Source: Cyanobacteria bacterium P01_A01_bin.123 (GTDB lineage Bacteria > Cyanobacteriota > Cyanobacteriia > Phormidesmidales > Phormidesmidaceae). From it: a stretch of 64,000 bases of DNA. The notes under the pieces were generated by a model. The model had not been told where the DNA came from. It did not search any database and saw nothing but the letters and a program-made list of their open reading frames with translations. A program made the translations under genes and the position numbers. The stretch is taken from assembly GCA_039815185.1 (NCBI GenBank), contig JBCBZT010000027.1:43336-107335 (forward strand), given 5' to 3'. Positions 28,044 to 38,863 of the stretch are shown one piece after another (the stretch's first letter is position 1; each line of letters opens with the position of its first letter).

Positions 28044-29693
28044 ATGGTTGAGATGGCCCCCCGCTTCCCTGGCCCAAACCCCTTCCAGTTTGATTTCCTT
28101 TCTAATCGTCCGAAACGCGATCGCATTTTGGCAGCTATCGACGTCGGCACCAATTCTATTCACATGGTGGTGGCTAAAATTCAGCCCGCGATCCCCGCGT
28201 TTTCGATTATCGATAAAGAAAAGGATACGGTACGCCTGGGCAACTTTAGCGCCAGCGATAGCCTGACCGAAGATGCCATGGAACGGGCGATCGCAGCCCT
28301 GAAACGCTGCCAAAAAATTGCCCATAGCCTCGATGCCGAAGATATTGTCGCCGTGGCCACCAGCGCCGTTCGCGAAGCCAGAAACGGCAATGAGTTTCTC
28401 GAACGGGTTGAACGAGAAACTGGCTTAGCGATCAATCTAATCTCGGGTACAGAAGAAGCTCGTCGGATTTATTTGGGTGTGCTTTCTGGCATGGAACTGC
28501 ACGGGCAACCCCACACCATTATTGACATTGGTGGCGGTTCCACCGAGCTGATTTTAGGCACCGGACAACCCCATCGCTTCCTCAGCAGCACCAAGGTTGG
28601 GGCAGTGAGGCTAACGGCTCAGTTCATCACGACCAATCCTGTGAGCGACGAAGAGTTCACCTACTTAAAAGCCTATGTGCGGGGTAGGTTAGAGCGTACC
28701 GTAGACGAACTCAAAACTCATGTGAAACCGGGTGAATCCCTGAACTTGATTGGCACCTCAGGTACGATCGAATGTTTGGCAGAGCTAGACGCCATCGATC
28801 GCCTGGGCTTAGTGCCAGATCCCCTCAATGGCTATGAAATGCAGTTGGAAGATTTGCGCACCCTGGTAGAGCGTTTGCGCAAGTCGAGCTACAGTGAGCG
28901 TCTAGCAATGCCCGGTATGTTGGCCCGTCGGGCTGAAATCATTGTCGCCGGGGCGGTGATTTTGCAAGAAGCCATGGAACTGCTAGGGATAGACCAACTC
29001 ACCATCTGCGAACGCGCCCTGCGGGAAGGGGTCGTGGTGAACTGGATGTTGACCCATGGGTTAATTGAAGACCGGATGCAGTTTCAAGAGTCCGTGCGGC
29101 AACGCAGTGTCATGCGGACGGCCCAAAAATATCAAGTGGATATCCCCCACAGCGATCGCACGGCTCGCTTCGCCCTGGCCCTATTTGATCAAACCCATGA
29201 CCATCTGCACGAGTGGGGTGCCCAAGAGCGACAGTTACTTTGGGCCGCTGCCATGCTCCACAATAGTGGCCATTATGTCAGCCACACGTCCCATCACAAA
29301 CATTCTTACTATTTGATTCGTAATGGTGAGCTGTTGGGCTATACCGAAGCTGAAATAGAAACGATTGCCAATATCGCCCGCTATCACCGCAAAAGTGCCC
29401 CTAAGAAAAAGCACGACACCTATCGCAACTTACCCAGCAAGTATCACCGCCAACTGGTCGATCAACTGAGTGCGGTTTTACGGTTGGCAGCCGCCCTCGA
29501 TCGGCGACAAATCGGCGCGATCGCAGGGCTAAGCTGTCACTACGATGCAGAAAACCGCAAACTTTTGCTCAATCTGACCCCTGCCAATACCCAAGACGAC
29601 TGCTCGATTGAATTGTGGAACCTCGACTACAAAAAAGATTGCTTTGAAGCCGAGTTTGACGTCAAACTTCTGGTCAATCTAGTTCGGAGTTGA
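28044..29693 (+). CDS. ppx: Exopolyphosphatase Ppx/GppA with HD domain
   Basis: AAIDVGTNSIH, ATSAVREA, EEARRIYLG, DIGGGSTE, ALREG, RYHRKS. Confidence 0.93.
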   Translation: MVEMAPRFPGPNPFQFDFLSNRPKRDRILAAIDVGTNSIHMVVAKIQPAIPAFSIIDKEKDTVRLGNFSASDSLTEDAMERAIAALKRCQKIAHSLDAEDIVAVATSAVREARNGNEFLERVERETGLAINLISGTEEARRIYLGVLSGMELHGQPHTIIDIGGGSTELILGTGQPHRFLSSTKVGAVRLTAQFITTNPVSDEEFTYLKAYVRGRLERTVDELKTHVKPGESLNLIGTSGTIECLAELDAIDRLGLVPDPLNGYEMQLEDLRTLVERLRKSSYSERLAMPGMLARRAEIIVAGAVILQEAMELLGIDQLTICERALREGVVVNWMLTHGLIEDRMQFQESVRQRSVMRTAQKYQVDIPHSDRTARFALALFDQTHDHLHEWGAQERQLLWAAAMLHNSGHYVSHTSHHKHSYYLIRNGELLGYTEAEIETIANIARYHRKSAPKKKHDTYRNLPSKYHRQLVDQLSAVLRLAAALDRRQIGAIAGLSCHYDAENRKLLLNLTPANTQDDCSIELWNLDYKKDCFEAEFDVKLLVNLVRS

Positions 29694-29957
29694 GGGAAAT
29701 TCTGAGCGAATGGAAGGCTTACTTGTCTCACTAACCAAGTTAGTCTCATATTATTTAGGCTCAGATCCAGATCATCACACTATTTGGGGTGTTATACGGC
29801 ATTTGAGTCGTCTAATCACTGGATTAGTGGGTATAGGCAGGTTTGGACTCGGATAAGATCCTGTTTAGGGGTGTTACACAGCATTTTTGCAGCCTATCTC
29901 CCCTCCATGGGGTTGATATACAACAAGCGATCTGCCTAATCACCCTTATTTAGAAGC

Positions 29958-30131
29958 TTAGCTGGATTAGAGGGGATAAATGCAGATCAAATAATAAGTA
30001 GGAAGGTCCAATTAAATATAAGAAAGCGTAGGTTGTGGTTGAGGAACAAAACCCAACTATTGCCTCTGAGCAATCACTAATAATTTGGGGGTTTAGCCGG
30101 ATTAGAGGAGATAAATGCAGATCAAATAATA
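29958..30131 (+). repeat. 39-bp direct repeat pair (29958-29996 and 30093-30131) ending in TAATA
   Basis: ttagctggattagaggggataaatgcagatcaaataata versus ttagccggattagaggagataaatgcagatcaaataata. Confidence 0.9.
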
Positions 30132-30147
30132 GTTTGCAGATGGATCT

Positions 30148-30582
30148 ATGCCTAAGGACAACCGCATCATAATCCACCATCAGGACGGAACCTGTCCGTT
30201 TAATGTCGCCAACATCAAACTCAGCGTCAAGGACGGCAAACTCGATCTGGAAATCGAGACGCACGAAAACGAAGACTGCGTGCTCGGCTTTTTGCCGTCG
30301 CCGACGCTATATGTTGAAAATACTGAAGTCACGGCAAGAACGCTCGCCGAGCTAACCCGCGAAGAATTGGATGTGCCAATTGGCTGGAACACCGATGACA
30401 ACATCTTCCGAATCTACATCGGACAACATCAAGCTTTAGATCACAACAAGGTGACAATTCGCCGTCGGAATCCGACCGAGATTGAAATCGACTGGAAATC
30501 AGACGCCGTCGATTTCAATTACTACGACGAAAGAGCCAGGCGCAACGTTATTGAGGCGCATTGCGTATACATCGTCGAATGA
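30148..30582 (+). CDS. Hypothetical acidic protein carried as a solo gene cassette
   Basis: 144-aa ORF between GTTTGCAGATG (30132) and CATCTGCATAAC (30601). Confidence 0.7.
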   Translation: MPKDNRIIIHHQDGTCPFNVANIKLSVKDGKLDLEIETHENEDCVLGFLPSPTLYVENTEVTARTLAELTREELDVPIGWNTDDNIFRIYIGQHQALDHNKVTIRRRNPTEIEIDWKSDAVDFNYYDERARRNVIEAHCVYIVE

Positions 30583-30605
30583 CACTGAGCGTTGCCGCAG
30601 CATCT

Positions 30606-30691
30606 GCATAACAAATCGATGCACCGGAACGGATAAGGTTGGTTCGCTCGGTACAATTTGTTATCTGTCCAGTGGTCTCTAATCGTTAAAC
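30606..30691 (+). mobile_element. Integron attC-like site
   Basis: R'' GCATAAC, gatgcaccgga / tccagtggtc partial inverted repeat, R' GTTAAAC; 86 bp. Confidence 0.65.
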
Positions 30692-30749
30692 GCTTGTGAC
30701 TGCATGCCAAAACTAAATGAATAGATGTCCCGCGTAACTCTCAACCCGG

Positions 30750-31411
30750 CTATTTGAGAACTGTTATCAAGGGTTTGTGGTCTGAGCCTCCAGTCATACC
30801 AGTCCAGGTTTTCAGAGACTTAAATCCCCGGGTCATAATGTGGTCGATTGGAATTTTGATATAGCGGGTCTTCAGGGTCTGATTAAAGTACCAGGTGGCC
30901 CAAATCCACTGGCCTCGACCAGTATTTTGTAACTGGCTTTGCCGTTCAAACCGTTCAAAATAGGGCGACCATGGCGCGGTGTTAAAGTCTCCGAGGACGA
31001 TTAATTTGCCATCCAACTTGCGACTGGTACGGATCAGGGTATCAAGTTGGTGATTGCGGATATGGAAAAAATTCCGCCGAATCGGGACGGGTGGGTGAAA
31101 ATCCAAAGATTGTAGGTCATGACTCGGATACCCTCAGAGGGTGTGCCCAGGTTCGGTAGCCCCACCCAGCTAAGAATTGGTGCCCAACATAATACTGATA
31201 GCACCGTTGCCAGAACCAATCGAACACGTTGCTTGCGTAGAATAGGCAACAGCAACACTAACAAGAATCCAAGCAGTGCTATGCTGCTGAAATAGGGTAA
31301 AAGCTCAAGCGAAACAGAAAAGATCCAACGATATTTCGGATAGGGACTATAGTAAAGCAGCACGATTAGTGTGCTGAGCAGTAATGTGATGTTAGAGATT
31401 AATCGCAGCAT
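30750..31411 (-). pseudogene. Membrane-anchored endonuclease/exonuclease/phosphatase-family gene, frameshifted and shortened
   Basis: N-terminal TM part ending IRVMTYNLW (31034-31411) and C-terminal HPP, LGDFNTAPWS, PIDHI, GSDHKP (30750-31106) lie in different frames; the middle of the domain appears deleted. Confidence 0.75.
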
Positions 31412-31659
31412 CGGCTTACTGTTAAATCTACGAATGTATCACCGACTAAGCACTCCTTTAAGAGGAGTTTATGGTTTAGGAGCAAAGGCTGCTTTGCTGA
31501 TGTCTTCTACCAGCTGAACAATTTTTATTCCGTAAGTTACTGGCGATTGCCTGAAGGTGCGATCGCGGGGGAGCGTGTCACCTATGAGCCCTCACCCTAA
31601 ATCCCTCACCCAAGCTTGGGAGAGGGACTTTGAACCACTTACCCCCCTTCTCCCAATGT

Positions 31660-33155
31660 CTATCCATTAGACAGAAAAAGCTAGGATGCTTTCAGGGGGT
31701 AGCTTTTGGAGGCGAGGTGTGCTCCTTCAAGCAAGTGATGGAGCACACCTAAGCCGCGCCACAGCGTTTTCAAACCCGGTTCACCATCACCCTTACGGGC
31801 TAAGAATCCTCCCAATTGGGCAATCCAGCGGACTGCTTGACGGATAGTAGGTGGCTTTTTGGAGCGGTTCTTGGGTTCAAACTTGCGCCGCAACAACCGC
31901 CATTCCCCAGGTTGTAAAATCATCTCACACGAGTCATTGGGAGCCAGTCTGGCATGGTAGGTCATCCACATCAGCCGCCAAGCCACAATCGAGTAAGTGG
32001 CCAGCGATTGAGCAAACGCTGGGCCGTTTCAAGTTGCAACTGCTCAATCCGACAGCCGCTCTTCAGGGTGAAATGAAATCGCTCAATCAACCACCGAAGA
32101 CTATACCAGCGAACACATTGACAGGCTTGTTCGAACGTCTCAATCGGTAATGTGGTCAGCAACAACCAGCGGATGGGTTCGCCCCCATCGACTGGGGCTT
32201 CTTCACTCACCAGCAAAGCATTCATGGGTACTGGTTGGGCCGTCTTGGGATGTTGACCATTGCGGGGCACGGCAATGGTCACGCTGATGGCGCGGATGCT
32301 CAAGGTGGCCTGACGAGCAGGGCGCTTCGGATTCCTTTGCACCTCAAGGCTCAGGTGTCCCAGGATGGGCGCTTGCTCAAGGGTGGGAATCAAATAGCCC
32401 AATTCACCGTCAACTTTGCGATTGTGTTCAGCCCGAATCAACAGCTCGCTGGAAACCCGACGAGGCTGAACAAATAGGTCATAGATGTCGGCTTCGCGGT
32501 CACCCACATGGATCAGGCAAACCGCATCATCGACACCAACCTCAGCCGCCGTCAACGTATCGAGCCATCGTTGACTTTCTTTTTCACGGGTTGGCTTCTG
32601 GCGACGCTGTCCTCGTTTGCCAGCCCGTTCTTTGCGACTCCAGGTGTATTGATGCAACAAACCTAACGGTTCACCCTCACCACTGACAGCCAAACAGCTA
32701 TGCACTTTGATGCCCTGTTGATTCGTCTGACAGAAAAAGCCTAAGCCCGTTGTCTGCTTTAAGCTGCTGAAATCTAAATCGGTGGTGTCCTGGATGGCCA
32801 ACACCACGCTTTGGTCGCTTATCCGCTTGAGGACACTGGGGCGATGACTGTCCAAAATCTGACCGGCTCGAATCCGTTTGTTTGACCAGAAGCGATAAAC
32901 GCTTTGACTCTCGGAGGCAGCTTGAGTCGCTTGTGGGACACTTTCGTTGGGATGCTCACTCAACACCCGCAATAGCTCACGCAGTCGCTTGCCATGGCGA
33001 AAGTCACGAAATGGGGCACTCCTGATTTCTTAGTTAGCCCAATCGCGCATTAGAGGTTCCTCTCAAAAGCTATATATGGACTTAGTAAGATCCCACAGTT
33101 GATGCCTGAAATCTATATCTCGTAATACTTCTATGTATTTGTGCCTAATGGATAG
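31660..33155 (-). mobile_element. IS4-family (IS50/Tn5-like) insertion sequence with 10-bp target duplication
   Basis: Terminal inverted repeats CTATCCATTAGACAGAAA / TTTGTGCCTAATGGATAG. CTCCCAATGT is duplicated at 31650-31659 and 33156-33165. Confidence 0.92.
31681..33050 (-). pseudogene. IS4-family transposase, inactivated
   Basis: IQDTT, GDREAD, Y..RWLIERFH..LKSGC, LGGFLARKGDGEPG. In-frame TAA at codon 7 (MRDWAN*) and a frameshift near 32005. Confidence 0.9.
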
Positions 33156-33293
33156 CTCCCAATGTTGGGAGAAGGGGCTGGGGGATGTAGAGCTTTGCTC
33201 TTCCCAAAGGGTGGGCAATGCAGGATATTTGCAAATATGGCATGCTTCCCGATCGCGGTGGCATAACAATCCGGGCTTGAAAAATTAATAGGC

Positions 33294-33479
33294 TTAGCGA
33301 GGTACCTTGTTAGCTTGCTGACGAGGTTCTTTGATAAATACTCGTTGAAATACAAGCCGAATAGACGATGGGAGAGTTTTCCAATAACGTTTCCACAGCC
33401 GTTGCTGCGCTTGGCATAACTGATAAACCCATTCTAAGCCACTCTCTCGAATCCATCTCGGGGCTGCTTTATTAGTCAT
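33294..33479 (-). pseudogene. C-terminal fragment of a WecB/TagA/CpsF glycosyltransferase
   Basis: APRWIRESGLEWVYQL....RLWKRY is the family's C-terminal motif; the N-terminal part is absent. Confidence 0.7.
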
Positions 33480-33852
33480 GATGTTTTCCTTGAATGGGCA
33501 TCAACTAGAACTGCACTCAGATGACCGTCTTAATGCAGACAACCATAAAGAACCCGCCAAAAGGCCTAAATCAGTTGGATGGGTTCAGACTAATAGTCCC
33601 GTTATTGTTGACTAAGTTCAGTGACTGCTAGCGCTCCCGACTCGTGAGCTCTCTGGCGTTGAGGTGTGACTGGAGTGGGCAATTAAAGTGAGAGAGATCA
33701 CGCCGGATAGCCCATATAATCCGGTTGAACAAAGTCATCGACGATTCAAGTCTCAATACCATCCCAGCCTGGGGTATACAGCGTTTGCAGCAGCCCAGCA
33801 CTTTTATCAGGCGGTTAGGATACCTTAAACTGAAAACCTGATTGATCAGCAC

Positions 33853-34272
33853 TTACTTGCAAATATATTTCTGTTCCATATCAGCAACCACCTTAGCCAT
33901 GAAATTTTCTAGCTTGTTTAAGTCAATTTTAGACAAACTTGTGATGTATAAACACGATTTAGCGGTTTTAACCTTGCCTAATGATTTGAGTTCCTCTGAA
34001 TAGTTTTCAAACCCCTGCATCACATAGATCGTTGAGTTTTGCCGCCTTGGTGAGAACCCTGTCATCATCCACGAATAGGTTCCTTTTGTATTCGTGTACT
34101 CATAACTACCAAAACCTACGATTGAATCACCCCACATCACAGCCTGACGTTGAGTGACTCGCTCAAATAGGTCTAAAAGCTTGTAAGCATCATCTCTACG
34201 TTTTTCATTGTCGATACTTTCCAAAAAATCAAGGACGCTTTTTTCATTCGGTTGAGTTTTGATTTCAGCCAT
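33853..34272 (-). CDS. DUF1801 (YdhG-like) protein
   Basis: KTQPNEKSV.DFL, MWGDSIVGFGSY.Y, GFSPRR, LGK.K.AKSCLYI. Confidence 0.8.
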   Translation of the reverse strand: MAEIKTQPNEKSVLDFLESIDNEKRRDDAYKLLDLFERVTQRQAVMWGDSIVGFGSYEYTNTKGTYSWMMTGFSPRRQNSTIYVMQGFENYSEELKSLGKVKTAKSCLYITSLSKIDLNKLENFMAKVVADMEQKYICK

Positions 34273-34503
34273 TTTTGCTTAGTTTTAATGAGTGCGCTGA
34301 GGCGATCGCCCGTCTGTCTGCTGCACAAGCGCTTCAATTAATCCGCCACACCAGAGTTGCTAAACGGCTCCAGAATAAGGGACTCACTTAGCTGTCAGGA
34401 GCAGACCAACGCCACAGTACTGTAAAGATATCCAATTAAACTTGCAGCTGAGCTTGACTAATCCCGTATTCTTCAAACAGCGTCCGCTTTTAGAGGATTC
34501 AAC

Positions 34504-35298
34504 ATGATCTGGGATTTTCAACGACTACGGGTTGCGAGTGCAGGTCAATTTTTGATCAGCACTGCACTGACTGTCTCATTAACAGCGATCGCGACCTCTG
34601 TACAAGCTGTTACCTTTGTCAGTAATCGGGACGCTCTCAATGAAACCGATCGGGTGGATTGGTCATCAGTAGGCGCTATATTCAATTCGTTTGGGCCACC
34701 CGATCCCGCTGTTTTTTTGCCGAGTACTTTTGGAATTGGCTCTGATGCCGGTTTGGGTGTGCAAGTCTTCATTCCTGAAGACACTACCCCTGGTCTGACA
34801 CCGCCCTTCGTTTTTCAAACCACCCCCGCCCCCGGCATTGAAACGAACTTCGACAATGGTGATTTTATTTTGTTCACAGGGTTTATTCCAGGGCCAGCCC
34901 CTACGACTGGCAATCCAGGGCCGATCACCTTAACCTTTGATCGCCCTATTTTGGGGGCAGGCGTACAGCTTGCAACAGATGATACCTCTAGCTTTACGGG
35001 CACGCTCTCTGCTTTTGATGAGAACGATAATCTACTCGGCACGTTCTCCACACCAGGGACATCTTCATTAGCACTAGATAATACAGCTCAGTTCTTTGGG
35101 GTGCTGGATGAGCGCCCTACTATCTCCAAACTAGAATTTAAGGCCTTGGTGCCGGGGCGAGCGATTGGGATTAACCAGCTGAGTATTGTAACCGCGACAA
35201 CCTCAGTACCCGAACCATCGATGGGTTTTGCACTAGCTTTCTTTGCGGGTCTAGGACTATTGGGGTGTCAATATCAGCGAGAGAATCATCATGCTTAA
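34504..35298 (+). CDS. PEP-CTERM sorting-domain surface protein
   Basis: Signal-like N-terminus (..SVQA); C-terminal VPEPS followed by a hydrophobic stretch. Confidence 0.8.
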   Translation: MIWDFQRLRVASAGQFLISTALTVSLTAIATSVQAVTFVSNRDALNETDRVDWSSVGAIFNSFGPPDPAVFLPSTFGIGSDAGLGVQVFIPEDTTPGLTPPFVFQTTPAPGIETNFDNGDFILFTGFIPGPAPTTGNPGPITLTFDRPILGAGVQLATDDTSSFTGTLSAFDENDNLLGTFSTPGTSSLALDNTAQFFGVLDERPTISKLEFKALVPGRAIGINQLSIVTATTSVPEPSMGFALAFFAGLGLLGCQYQRENHHA

Positions 35299-35860
35299 TA
35301 CCCACAACCTGACGGCAACCATCGGCACTACGCTGGGGGTTGCTTTAGTCACCATGTCTCCCTCAATGGCAGCCACCTTTCGATATACAACGCTCACCAC
35401 CCAAACGGTTTATACAGAAGGCCCGACTGTCATTGCAGGCACACCCTACGACGGTACTTTTGTGAACAATATCTTCAATCCGTTTTCTGGGCTGGCGCAA
35501 ACATTTTCGGGTTTCTACCGGATACAAACTGGAACATTAGGAGAAGCTGTTTCCCTGAGCGCGGTTCAGCAACGCCCCACTGATCGCACCGACCTTGGAG
35601 ATATCGGCATTACCCGCATCGAATACTTCGCAACCCCGCAACCAGTAGCAGCTATCCCTGGTGCATTTACAGTCCCGCCTGGGTTGACTGAATTTGACTT
35701 TCAATTTGTCCCAGCCGCTGTTGCCGGTGCGCCAGTGGTTTTGTCTCAAGGATGGTCTGCTGAAGCGGTGCCCGAGTCGAGCAGTCCTCTAATGTGGGCG
35801 GGATTCGTAGGACTGGGCTTAGGGCTGAAGGGGTTATTGTTCAATGCCACAAAGCCTTGA
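35291..35860 (+). CDS. PEP-CTERM-like surface protein
   Basis: Signal peptide (..PSMA); C-terminal VPESS plus TM segment; overlaps the previous gene. Confidence 0.72.
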   Translation: MLNTHNLTATIGTTLGVALVTMSPSMAATFRYTTLTTQTVYTEGPTVIAGTPYDGTFVNNIFNPFSGLAQTFSGFYRIQTGTLGEAVSLSAVQQRPTDRTDLGDIGITRIEYFATPQPVAAIPGAFTVPPGLTEFDFQFVPAAVAGAPVVLSQGWSAEAVPESSSPLMWAGFVGLGLGLKGLLFNATKP

Positions 35861-35954
35861 AAGGCGATCCATTGATTGTCTCTGATACTTTTCCGTCTTT
35901 GGCTATGCGTGCGAATTCGATTTTGAATTCGTAGCGTAATTTGACAGCCGTTGA

Positions 35955-37406
35955 TCATCCAGAGGTTAGGCTAACCCCCAATCCATCGCTAAGTTCCTGG
36001 GCCAGCCATTTGAATTCTGCTACCGTTAGCCCCAACTTCTGACGGTTTAAGCGGTAGCTAAGCTGAACGCCAAAAATTTTCAGGGAATTTTGGTCTGGGC
36101 TGAATTCTAAACGATCAATCTCTTCCCGCTTAGCCTTGAACAAAACCTGGCGGACACGCGTGAGAATTGTTGATTCTCGATAAAGGGTCAATCCATGGTC
36201 ATCGAGATACAGATGGAGCTGACGCAGCAGGGTGTTGCTAGCAGGTGTTGGGATCAGCGTAACGGCCACGAATCCAGCAGTAACGCTAACGACGCTAGAT
36301 GCTAGCCATAAGATGGGGATAGCCACCACCCAAGCGGTCATATACCCTAAAAGCGCGATCGGCAACCACATAATCGTGCCGCCAAGAGTTGAGGCAATGC
36401 TGAAAATAATGCCCAGCACTAGCAGATTCAACCAAGAGCTGACTTGCTTAGATCGGAAGCCCTTCGGTGGCACAATGATATCCAATGTGTCTTCTCGCCG
36501 ATTGACTAGGATGCGACTTTGGTCAAGGTGATGGTTTGGTAAACCACTCAAGGTTCCAGCATCCAATAAGGTGTTTAACCCCTTGATTGCTTCCATAGCA
36601 GAGGTTGGGCGCTGGGTAATGTCTGGAGTTATGAGCCAACGTAACCACTGACGCAGCGGTTGGCTGATGTGAGTAGCCTTGGCCTCAAACCGAATGCGGA
36701 GATTCTGCTGGGGTAGATCTGCTGGGTGATGCCCTGTTACGAGATAAATGAGCGTTGCGCCTAAGCTGTAGAGATCTGAAGCCGCTTCGGCCCGCCCGCC
36801 AAACTGCTCTGGCGGCATGTAGCCGTAAGTGCCGACGATGGTTAACGTTCCGGTGGGATGGAGAAACGGAGCCTGTACTGAACCAAAGTCTACGAGGTAA
36901 AGCTGGCCTTGACTATGGGCACTGCGATCGCTGAGTAGAATATTGCTGGGTTTCAGATCACGGTGAATAATCGGTGGCGTTTGGTGATGGAGATATTGCA
37001 AGATTTCTAACAACCGTTGAGCAATGTCGATCACATCGGCTTCGGTAAAGGTGCGCCCCGCTTGTAGGTGCTCTTGTAGCGATCGCCCCTCAACGTAACT
37101 TTGCACTAGGGCGTAGCCTTTGGTCTGGGGTAAATCAATTTCAAAATAGTCCAGATAGCCAGGAATCGCCTCATGCGCCAAGGATTTCAGCACTTCCCCT
37201 TCCCGTTCGAATAGGCGCAGATCGGCCCACTCAACATCACTGCCAAAGGTCACTATTTTAATCACAACGGCGCATTGCGCCTGGAGATCGTCGGCCAGCA
37301 ATGTTCTGCGGCCAATGGCTTTGCCTAGCTCCTGGCGAATTTCGTAGCGATCGCGGAGCCGCTTCCCTAACCAATCTGAAGTGGGCTGATCTGTCATCTG
37401 AGGCAC
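35955..37406 (-). CDS. Ser/Thr protein kinase with C-terminal membrane segments
   Basis: VVIK, HRDLKPSNILL, DFG, GTYGYMPPEQ, SDLYSLG; hydrophobic C-terminal region. Confidence 0.92.
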   Translation of the reverse strand: MPQMTDQPTSDWLGKRLRDRYEIRQELGKAIGRRTLLADDLQAQCAVVIKIVTFGSDVEWADLRLFEREGEVLKSLAHEAIPGYLDYFEIDLPQTKGYALVQSYVEGRSLQEHLQAGRTFTEADVIDIAQRLLEILQYLHHQTPPIIHRDLKPSNILLSDRSAHSQGQLYLVDFGSVQAPFLHPTGTLTIVGTYGYMPPEQFGGRAEAASDLYSLGATLIYLVTGHHPADLPQQNLRIRFEAKATHISQPLRQWLRWLITPDITQRPTSAMEAIKGLNTLLDAGTLSGLPNHHLDQSRILVNRREDTLDIIVPPKGFRSKQVSSWLNLLVLGIIFSIASTLGGTIMWLPIALLGYMTAWVVAIPILWLASSVVSVTAGFVAVTLIPTPASNTLLRQLHLYLDDHGLTLYRESTILTRVRQVLFKAKREEIDRLEFSPDQNSLKIFGVQLSYRLNRQKLGLTVAEFKWLAQELSDGLGVSLTSG

Positions 37407-37462
37407 CTCCCAGAGGGGTTATCAATCTTGACTACATCCAGATCGATGGCTTTCCGTAAGGT

Positions 37463-37564
37463 GTAGCCGTAGCCACCAAGCTTTGTGCGCTGCTGTGAGC
37501 CAGATTGCTTACTGCACCGAGTACCGCTGGGATGCTCAGCATACAAGCAATCTGGCCAGCACTA
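37463..37564 (+). repeat. ~100-bp palindromic dispersed repeat, copy 1 (central segment inverted)
   Basis: GCCAGATTGCTT ... AAGCAATCTGGC arms with a TAGC.(G/T)TAGCC leader; related copies near 49595, 56346 and 58782. Confidence 0.85.
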
Positions 37565-37816
37565 TAAAACTCAAGCCTGCCAATCAGATGTGGTTTAGCT
37601 TCTCCAGACTAATCAATTATTTTGAGGAGTTGGTGCGCTTAAGCAACGGCTCTAGCGTGCCGAAGGCTTAGGTTGGGGAGTTATGCCAATGACATTCCCA
37701 AATTGTGGCCCAAATTTTGGAAAGTATAAGTTATTTCATCCCAGGTTGTAATTATACGGAATTTGACTATCTGGCCTGAAGAAAACCATTAGCAATTCAA
37801 CACAACACATAAGCTA

Positions 37817-38554
37817 ATGACAAAACAGCTGCTGACTGCTCTGCTCACGGCTAACATAGTTGTCGGCGGGCTCGCCTCTCCCTTAGTCGCCCAAGACACT
37901 GCCCAAGACAGTGTTAGTTCCCTTATACAAATGCTGGAATCTCTGGGGCAGCGCTGTAACCGAGCGACAGAAGTAAGCTACCAATCCGAGCAACTCAGCA
38001 CTACAGACGGCGGCACTGAAGTTTATGTGGAAGGACTACTGCGAAAAATTGTTGCCCCTAACAGTCCATTGCGGCAAGGTGATTCGGCTGAATATTGCTA
38101 CCCCGATGTGCGCGAGACGGTGATCCGAGAATTGGTGATCAACAACAACGGCGAGACACGTCGGATTACCATGGATGCTTACGATCAGGGATATTTGATC
38201 TATTCCCCCCGCTCCTTTTCGGCTGATGGTCGCTACCTTGTAGCAGACTTACAAATTGCTTACACCGGGGGCGATCCAGGGGCACAGATTGTGCTTTTTG
38301 ATCTAGATAATAGTGAAGTCGTCTCGACCTCGGAAGTTTGTCAAAACTTTGACTTTGAAAACTACATTGGCTTTATCTCACCCACCGAATTTGCGGTTCA
38401 CTGCATGGCTTATGGCGACATGATTGAGGGATTTGAGGTGATTGACGTGCAATCTGGTGAAGTTCGTCAGCTTTCGGCACGACCGACTTCTGTGACCGAC
38501 TACGGCGTTGTTGAGGGTGAGCTTGAAGTCACCAAAACTCAGATTTTCCATTAG
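37817..38554 (+). CDS. Secreted hypothetical protein
   Basis: Signal peptide MTKQLLTALL..PLVA; acidic mature region. Confidence 0.75.
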   Translation: MTKQLLTALLTANIVVGGLASPLVAQDTAQDSVSSLIQMLESLGQRCNRATEVSYQSEQLSTTDGGTEVYVEGLLRKIVAPNSPLRQGDSAEYCYPDVRETVIRELVINNNGETRRITMDAYDQGYLIYSPRSFSADGRYLVADLQIAYTGGDPGAQIVLFDLDNSEVVSTSEVCQNFDFENYIGFISPTEFAVHCMAYGDMIEGFEVIDVQSGEVRQLSARPTSVTDYGVVEGELEVTKTQIFH

Positions 38555-38650
38555 ATTAGGCAACAAAAGGTCTGCTAAGAGGCTGTATTCATGATGGCGG
38601 CTGGTTGATCATCGAGACGCTAACAATACGGCATGATTGTTGCTAAGTTT

Positions 38651-38863
38651 CTAAGTCCCAGATCCACACAGCATCAATCGATCGAAGCCAATTGCAAATC
38701 CTATCCCCTGTTTATAACGCCCACCACCAACGACTTGCTTTTGCGCACCAAGACTCGGCACCAGTATTTCAAAACCATCTTCCACATAGTAAGATAAGCC
38801 TCTCTTGACACTTCTTTCAACGGTGTAGTCATTCGTTTGATATGAAACCATTTGTTCTGCCAT
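38651..38863 (-). pseudogene. Fragment resembling the C-terminal catalytic core of histidyl-tRNA synthetase-like proteins
   Basis: RGLSYY..GFE...LGAQKQVVGGGRY..GIGFAIGFDRL matches HisRS RGL.YY / GGGRY / motif 3; only about 70 aa. Confidence 0.55.

Noticed and set aside
33628..33852. 74-aa ORF and a possible attC start (TCCTAAC) after the DUF1801 gene
   Set aside because: No recognisable protein and no matching R' or cassette start.
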